Shown here: piece after piece, positions 58,395-64,000 of the stretch
Numbering within the stretch: position 1 is the first letter of the stretch
How the letters are laid out: every line of letters begins with the position of its first letter
Source of the DNA: Ferroacidibacillus organovorans
GTDB taxonomy: Bacteria; Bacillota; Bacilli; Alicyclobacillales; SLC66
NCBI RefSeq assembly: GCF_001642725.1
Contig: NZ_LSUQ01000003.1
Coordinates: 62,001-126,000 of the forward strand
Direction of reading: 5' to 3'
Length of the DNA stretch: 64,000 nucleotides
Translations under genes and position numbers: made by a program
Notes under the pieces: generated by a model
What the model saw: the letters and a program-made list of their open reading frames with translations, nothing else
Database searches by the model: none
What the model was told of the DNA's origin: nothing

Positions 58395-59888
58395 TCAAAT
58401 CTCAAAAGAGTACGCCCTTCGCAAGCCTTTAGGATAGTGATTTTTTAATTGATTTTTTACGCGCTTTACCCAACCGAGGGGTAGATGCTCAAGAAAGACG
58501 ACCGTCCAGCCGTCTGGTCCTTCCTGCGAGATTACCTCACCACTCAGATAGGCGATGATACGTGTGTCTCCGTAGGAAAAACATACTGGAGCGCGCAGAT
58601 TTTCCGGTTTTGTCGCGAGCGCGAGTGCGTGGTGAGGTGTTATGTGGTGATGCTTGGTTTCAAGGAGCGGTAATCCAGGCCGAAGGACATTTCGTGAGGG
58701 GAGGGGCCGGTGGGACGCCGCAAAAAGGACGTTTGGTGACGAGATAAAATCACGCCGATAAAGATCATCTATCCATGTTACGTGATCAACAAAAGTCTCA
58801 TTGGCGAAAGCGGCAAATTGTTTCTGCTGTGCGAATCCGGATGGCATTCTGCTGGCGCGCAGAGAATTTCCCCTTTTTTTCTGGGAATATCCTGTAGTAT
58901 TGGTTTTTTGATAGGACGGGTTTCCGTCAAGAGCAAATTTCGCGACGAAATGACCTTCAGCGTATCCCGCTTGTGGCATGATGCGAATCGTTCTCTCAAG
59001 CGCTGGGAGGGGTTCTGAAAACGAAGACGCAACCGCTTGAAGTTCAGGAATGAGCTTAGCGAGTTTTGTAAACCTCTCGGCGGTAAGTCCGGCGCGCGCG
59101 CCTGGCAGTTGAATAGGGGAGAGCGAGAGAGTCGGTTGGTCGCGTAGGAGTGTAGCGCACACAGCCTCGTTTTCAATAGGATTCAGGGTGCAGGTCGAAT
59201 AAACAAGTCGACCGCCGGGGCGAAGCATGGCGATTGCGGCGTGTAAAATGGAACTCTGACGTAATGCGTAAGCGGAAAGTTGTTCGCGTTGCCACATGCG
59301 TATCGCGTCATCGTCCTTCCGAAACATCCCTTCGCCGCTACAGGGGGCATCAACGAGGATCGCGTCAAAATAGGCAGGATAGGTGTCACGTAACTCATCT
59401 GGATCGAGCTGCGTGACAGTGGCGTTTGTGACGCCGAGACGCTCAAGGTTCTCAGCGAGAATCGCGCAGCGCTCGCGGTTCGGCTCATTCGCGATGAGAA
59501 TCCCTTCATTTCTCATGCGCTGAGCAATTTGGGTGGTTTTTCCTCCCGGTGCTGCACAGAGATCGAGTACACGCTCGCCGGGTACAGGGGCAAGAACAGG
59601 AACAGGCGCCATCGCGCTTGGCTCTTGCAAATAGTAATACCCTGTCGCGTGAAGTGGATCGCGTCCGAGATGAAGATCTTGATGAATATAGAATCCTTCC
59701 ATTTCCTTTGTCCAAGGAACGGGGTCTGCCAAAAGAGAATTTATGACGGAAGGGATTGCCCCTTTTAAGGTGGAGACGCGAAACCCTTTTGCGGGAGGTT
59801 TGTGAAATTGTTCAAGATATTCGTTCCACGCCTCTTGACCGAAGCAGTGGAGAAAAAGGGATTCAAATTCTTTCGGTAATGCGAACAC
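58395..59888 (-). CDS. rsmF: RsmF/NOL1/NOP2-family RNA m5C methyltransferase
   Basis: YLQEPSAM, DLCAAPGGKT, VDAPCSGEGMFRKD, YSTCT, C-terminal KNHYPKGLR. Confidence 0.88.
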   Translation of the reverse strand: MFALPKEFESLFLHCFGQEAWNEYLEQFHKPPAKGFRVSTLKGAIPSVINSLLADPVPWTKEMEGFYIHQDLHLGRDPLHATGYYYLQEPSAMAPVPVLAPVPGERVLDLCAAPGGKTTQIAQRMRNEGILIANEPNRERCAILAENLERLGVTNATVTQLDPDELRDTYPAYFDAILVDAPCSGEGMFRKDDDAIRMWQREQLSAYALRQSSILHAAIAMLRPGGRLVYSTCTLNPIENEAVCATLLRDQPTLSLSPIQLPGARAGLTAERFTKLAKLIPELQAVASSFSEPLPALERTIRIMPQAGYAEGHFVAKFALDGNPSYQKTNTTGYSQKKRGNSLRASRMPSGFAQQKQFAAFANETFVDHVTWIDDLYRRDFISSPNVLFAASHRPLPSRNVLRPGLPLLETKHHHITPHHALALATKPENLRAPVCFSYGDTRIIAYLSGEVISQEGPDGWTVVFLEHLPLGWVKRVKNQLKNHYPKGLRRAYSFEI

Positions 59889-60038
59889 GTGATCGATCCT
59901 CCAGCGTTTTGCGATCTCCCTGACTCATATGTGCGATAAGCTTCACTGTTTGGGGCAGAAAAGGGATACCCAGGAGCCACCGTGAAGTCTGGTTCATAGT
60001 ATACCGAGTGTGCAACAAAACCAAAAGGAGAATCGCAT

Positions 60039-60227
60039 GTGGAGCGCGAGTTGAATGTTCACATCAAGGTTGTAGAGATTGATGACACGGATGGCGGACT
60101 TGTGCTGATCGGACTCAGTGCGGCGGTGCTCCCGCGCGCGTGGCGCGCCAAAAAGCGTACGCCCACTTGCCGTCTGCGCGCCGAGTATTTGGAGAGAAAA
60201 GGTGGGGGAGCGGGTGCATCCGAGTGA
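60039..60227 (+). CDS. Small protein, possibly GerP-like
   Basis: AAAGGAG RBS, 62 aa, overlaps the gerPC-like start; beta-rich LNVHIKVVEIDD...LVLIG. Confidence 0.4.
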   Translation: MERELNVHIKVVEIDDTDGGLVLIGLSAAVLPRAWRAKKRTPTCRLRAEYLERKGGGAGASE

Positions 60228-60501
60228 GTGGGAGGATGTTCGGCAAATCTATGATGATCGGTTGCGCGCACTGGAGCGGGAGATTGAAACATTGAAAGAC
60301 GTGATAAGGCGTATGCGATATCAGAAGGTGGAGTATCGCATTGATTCACTGCACGTGGAGCGCTTGGAAGGGGTGCTTCATATTGGGCTTACAACGGAAG
60401 ACAGTGAGCGCGCGTGGTGCGAAGGCGTATTCGATCAGAGTGAGAATCAACCGCCTGATCGTGATCAAGCGAACGGTCAGACGGAGGAAGGGATGGACTA
60501 A
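60214..60501 (+). CDS. gerPC: Spore germination protein GerPC-like
   Basis: Coiled coil then VEYRIDSLHVERLEGVLHIGL, matching the GerPC motif EYKFDQLKxExLxGTLNIG. Confidence 0.65.
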   Translation: MHPSEWEDVRQIYDDRLRALEREIETLKDVIRRMRYQKVEYRIDSLHVERLEGVLHIGLTTEDSERAWCEGVFDQSENQPPDRDQANGQTEEGMD

Positions 60502-60558
60502 TTTGACAAGGGAATCAGACATAGGGTACGGTTAGGGCAAGAATAGGAGGAGTATGAC

Positions 60559-61767
60559 TTGCGGCTCCTGAAAGACCATGCCCTTTTTGTCGTTCTTCTT
60601 ATCCTTGTAGCCGCGTACCGCTTTCAGTTGTGGCATCACACGCCCGTGACGTTGTACGGTGACATGTTGCGTTATAACACGATGGCGCTGCACGTGATTG
60701 ATCACGGCTATCTCGGATTTAGAAATGGACCAGACGCCTATGTAATGCCCCTTTACCCGCTGTTTTTAGCTGTGATGTACAAATTGCTTCAGGCATTTCA
60801 TACTCATTTAACCATGCTTCGTATGGTTCACGAAACGTTCTTGCTGCAGCAGGGATTATCGCTTCTCTCCTTATGGCTTACGTATCAGTTGGGGTCGCTG
60901 TTCGCCGGGAAGCGCGCAGGTTTTGCGGCGGCCATTTTGTCAGCGCTCTATCTGCCTAATAGCTTTGTCGGACTCACGTTACTGACAGAGCCACTTTTTA
61001 TCCCCCTTTTGTTGGGGAGTCTACTTGCTGGAAGCTATGCGGTAAAGCGCGGATTCGTGTTTGACTACGCATTAACCGGGTTATTGATCGGTCTGACCGC
61101 GCTGGTCCGGCCGAATGTCCTTCCGCTCTTTCTTCTGGTCGTGCTCGTCGATTTGATTCATCGCCGAAACGCGGGTGTGATCAACGCCTTTAAGATGCAG
61201 TTTCGAATGTATGCGATCATGGTGGCGTTTGTCATTGTGCCTTTGATTCCGTGGTGGATTCGCAACGCGATCGATTTTCATCATTTTATTCCGCTCTCCA
61301 CAGAAGCTGGCAACCCACTCTTGGCTGGCGCTGATCCTTACTTTCTTGTCGGGATTAACACGCTCATCGAGGCGTCGCGCAAACTGCATGAATCGCAGCA
61401 AACGTATGCCATTCACTATATGCTGCACGGGCTTACGCATCAACCGCTGCTCTTTTTAGGCTGGTACCTTTTTGGGAAATTGCCTTATCTCTTTTGGACG
61501 CCATGGTTTTATAATTATCTGAGCGCTTTTGTGCTCTATCATCGCGTGTTGGTGATTCTTGGCGGCATCGCAATGATCGTTGGTTTGTGGTATCGCGAAA
61601 CTCGGTTTTTTGCGTTATCAACATTGTTTTTGCTTGCTGTGCAACTCGTCTTTCTACCGATTACACGGTACGGGTATCCTCTCGTTTTGATGACGACGAT
61701 CCTTGTGCCGGCGGTCATTTGCCACCTTCCAATTGTCACACGCTTTCGCCGAGGAGGCTTTCGATGA
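60559..61767 (+). CDS. GT-C fold integral membrane glycosyltransferase (ArnT/PMT-like)
   Basis: GD..RY, MPLYPLFLA, LTEPLF, ALVRPN, PWWIRN; upstream TTGACA-N18-TACGGT. Confidence 0.8.
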   Translation: MRLLKDHALFVVLLILVAAYRFQLWHHTPVTLYGDMLRYNTMALHVIDHGYLGFRNGPDAYVMPLYPLFLAVMYKLLQAFHTHLTMLRMVHETFLLQQGLSLLSLWLTYQLGSLFAGKRAGFAAAILSALYLPNSFVGLTLLTEPLFIPLLLGSLLAGSYAVKRGFVFDYALTGLLIGLTALVRPNVLPLFLLVVLVDLIHRRNAGVINAFKMQFRMYAIMVAFVIVPLIPWWIRNAIDFHHFIPLSTEAGNPLLAGADPYFLVGINTLIEASRKLHESQQTYAIHYMLHGLTHQPLLFLGWYLFGKLPYLFWTPWFYNYLSAFVLYHRVLVILGGIAMIVGLWYRETRFFALSTLFLLAVQLVFLPITRYGYPLVLMTTILVPAVICHLPIVTRFRRGGFR

Positions 61768-62483
61768 AAGAAGCGTTGGTCATCATACCGGCGCTTAATG
61801 AAGAGCGCTCAGTTGGAAACGTTGTGAGGAGCATCCTCTCTTCTTGCCCTATGGTTGATGTGATCGTCATTTCGGACGGCTCTACAGACCAGACGGCCAT
61901 TGTGGCGCGAGAGGCGGGTGCCAAGGTTGTCGAGTTGCCGGTCAATCTAGGCATCGGCGGCGCGATGCAAACCGGATATCTGTATGCATGGCGTGCAGGC
62001 TATCACTATGCCATCCAGATTGACGCAGATGGACAGCATGATCCAGCGGATCTTCCAAAGCTGCTCGACGAGATGGGACGCGGAGATGCAGACATGATCG
62101 TCGGCTCACGCTATGTGGAGCGCACGGCATACCGATCGTCAGCGTCGAGACGCGTTGGTATGGTGATGTTAGCCACGCTGATTCGTATGGCGGTCGGTTA
62201 TCCGATCAAAGATACGACGTCCGGGTATCGCATCGTCAATCACAAGACGATTGAGCTATTCAGTCGTTTTTATCCGCATGACTACCCGGAAGTTGAAGTA
62301 CTCGTATTACTGCATCGCCATCGCCTGCGCATTCGCGAAGTGGCCGTGGAGATGAAAGAGAGGCAAGCGGGGCGATCGTCGATTACGATGATGCGCTCTG
62401 CGTACTACATGTTTAAAGTTTCTTTGGCCATTTTATTGGAAGTGATGCGCGGGAAAGAGGCGCGGCGGGAGGGTAAATCATGA
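61764..62483 (+). CDS. GT2 polyprenol-phosphate glycosyltransferase (DPM synthase/GacI-like)
   Basis: IIPALNE, DGSTD, NLGIGGA, QIDADGQH, GSRY, DTTSG. Confidence 0.88.
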   Translation: MKEALVIIPALNEERSVGNVVRSILSSCPMVDVIVISDGSTDQTAIVAREAGAKVVELPVNLGIGGAMQTGYLYAWRAGYHYAIQIDADGQHDPADLPKLLDEMGRGDADMIVGSRYVERTAYRSSASRRVGMVMLATLIRMAVGYPIKDTTSGYRIVNHKTIELFSRFYPHDYPEVEVLVLLHRHRLRIREVAVEMKERQAGRSSITMMRSAYYMFKVSLAILLEVMRGKEARREGKS

Positions 62484-62863
62484 TCATCGATCTGGTCGGC
62501 TTCCTGGTTAGTCTGATCTTTTTAATCGTTGTCATTGATTTAATGAGGCGGCGTCTCCTCCTTGAACAATACGCGCTATTTTGGTTGGGAATGGGCATTG
62601 TGTTGACGATCTTGTCCGTTTCGCCAGGTCTCTTGAATCGCGTGGCAAAGGTACTCGGCATCTATTACGCGCCCTCTCTTCTATTCTTGGTAGGTTTTCT
62701 GTTTATGCTGGGCACAATGCTTCACCTCACGGTCGTATTGTCGCGCTTGACCAATCGAACGGTGCGGCTCACGCAAGAACTCGGCATGCTCAAGTCACAA
62801 TTGGAGATGGCAGATCATCGCACTGCATTGACAGAGCGATCAGAGCCTCTTTCCAATGGGTAA
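62480..62863 (+). CDS. DUF2304-family membrane protein (GacJ-like)
   Basis: 3 TM, YALFWL, VAKVLGI, RLTQEL; ATGA-coupled to the GT2. Confidence 0.8.
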   Translation: MIIDLVGFLVSLIFLIVVIDLMRRRLLLEQYALFWLGMGIVLTILSVSPGLLNRVAKVLGIYYAPSLLFLVGFLFMLGTMLHLTVVLSRLTNRTVRLTQELGMLKSQLEMADHRTALTERSEPLSNG

Positions 62864-62926
62864 TCTTTCATGGAAGTGACACAGCGAAATGATGAAAACA
62901 TGATGGAAACGAGGAGTGAATTAACG

Positions 62927-63283
62927 ATGTCGACAAAGCCGTCAAAAGAACTTGATCCGATCCCCAATCCGTACCCGCATCGCGACTATGAGATCACGAT
63001 CGAGGCGCCCGAGTTTACGACGCTGTGCCCAAAAACGGGACAGCCTGATTTTGGGACGATTACCATTCGCTATCGCCCGGGGCCGTTCATCATTGAATTG
63101 AAATCGCTGAAGCTCTATCTCTGGAGCTTTCGCGACGAAGGTCATTTTCACGAAGAAGTCTCCAACGTGATCGCGGATGACTTTATCAAATTTGCCAAGC
63201 CTAAGTATATGGAACTCATTGGGCGCTACAACGTGCGCGGAGGCATTTCGACGAATGTCCGTGTGGAGTATACGGAAGCGTGA
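62927..63283 (+). CDS. queF: NADPH-dependent preQ0 reductase (type I, short)
   Basis: PEFTTLCPKTGQPDF, ELKSLKLYL, FHEE, RGGI; GAGGAG RBS. Confidence 0.92.
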   Translation: MSTKPSKELDPIPNPYPHRDYEITIEAPEFTTLCPKTGQPDFGTITIRYRPGPFIIELKSLKLYLWSFRDEGHFHEEVSNVIADDFIKFAKPKYMELIGRYNVRGGISTNVRVEYTEA

Positions 63284-63325
63284 GGGGTGAACCCACGCGT
63301 GTGATTGTGAATCAAAGCTTGCTTC

Positions 63326-63348
63326 AACGCCCCGCGCGGGCGTTTTTT
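63326..63348 (+). terminator. Intrinsic terminator
   Basis: AACGCCC-cgcgc-GGGCGTT followed by T run. Confidence 0.75.
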
Positions 63349-63456
63349 ATTTGTCGAATAGAAGGGCGCCATCTGCAATGGATTCGGGCGTAACGCTTGG
63401 GACCTCCTGGAACCATTCAACATATACTTCGTTGACATTGTGGAGGAGGCCGCATC

Positions 63457-64000
63457 ATGAGCCGTACAAAACTACTCGGTGTTGCGACAACGGTGAATCC
63501 CTTGATGCAGCGAGTGCGACCATCCTTTTTTTTCGAACTGGCTGATCACGCAAAACGTATGGATCATCGCGTTGTTTTGCTCGATCCGCGCGCGTATGGT
63601 GATGCAAAGAGGGGATTTACAGGACTATTAGATGAGGGAAGCAAAAATGATTCACACTTTGTGCGAAAGAGCGGTCTGCAACTGGATGCGATCTATGAAA
63701 ATGTTTTTGTTCATCTCGTCATGAAGGGGATGGCAAGGCCGCTGCGTCGCGATGCAGAGCATCTCCACATCCCTCTCTTCAACCCGCTTGTACCAGGAAA
63801 ATCGGTTATGAATGGGTGGGTGCAGAAACTGTCGGATGGCGTGATTCGCGCGCCGAAAACGATTGCTGTTCACGATGTCGAGCAAATCACGACGTTTTTC
63901 GAGCGCAATCAGACCGCCTATTTAAAACCGATTGGTGGCTATGGTGGGCGAAACGTGTTCCGCATTCTGAGAACGCCGCGCGGCTTCACGATGCAGTGTG
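63457..64000 (+). CDS. YheC/YheD-family ATP-grasp (spore-coat associated) protein, 3' end outside the window
   Basis: Manually translated open frame after GGAGGAGG: ...LDAIYEN...IPLFNP...PKT...AYLKPIGGYGGRNVFRI. Not in the ORF track. Confidence 0.7.
   Translation, partial: MSRTKLLGVATTVNPLMQRVRPSFFFELADHAKRMDHRVVLLDPRAYGDAKRGFTGLLDEGSKNDSHFVRKSGLQLDAIYENVFVHLVMKGMARPLRRDAEHLHIPLFNPLVPGKSVMNGWVQKLSDGVIRAPKTIAVHDVEQITTFFERNQTAYLKPIGGYGGRNVFRILRTPRGFTMQC

Overview
Chromosomal housekeeping/accessory region of a spore-forming Bacillales bacterium. Gene content (kumamolisin-like S53 protease, GerPC, YheC/D, DUF2515) and the Gln/Asn/Ser/Thr-rich or basic secreted proteins suggest an acidophilic Alicyclobacillaceae-like organism (inference). 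About 50 CDS: a membrane GGDEF protein (cut by the left edge, missing from the ORF track), yfmM, an SCO fusion, an ABC exporter, sbcDC, two paralogous unknown secreted proteins beside an OmpR-type two-component system whose kinase carries an in-frame 132-bp hexamer repeat (poly-Glu/Asp), a c-di-AMP riboswitch ahead of an unknown gene, S53 protease, aspartate 4-decarboxylase, a TDT exporter/LysR pair, hmp/nsrR, htrA, a LacI-sugar ABC operon, a CwlO-like NlpC/P60, a TPP-riboswitch ECF operon followed by a KynB-like hydrolase, a stand-alone fused trpEG with a TRAP-like (G/U)AG array over its ribosome-binding site, niaP, leuCD with a divergent LysR, a glucoamylase/maltodextrin regulon, rsmF, gerP-like genes, a GT-C/GT2/DUF2304 glycosylation trio, queF and a partial yheC/D. 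No rRNA, tRNA, CRISPR, prophage or IS element was seen. Best leads: (1) the paralogous His-rich secreted pair plus the repeat-bearing kinase and a tandem-repeat promoter; (2) TRAP control of a fused trpEG; (3) no lipobox in three protein families that are normally lipoproteins; (4) a possible thiamine-salvage deformylase; (5) a c-di-AMP-controlled orphan gene. All family calls come from motif recognition by eye, not database searches.
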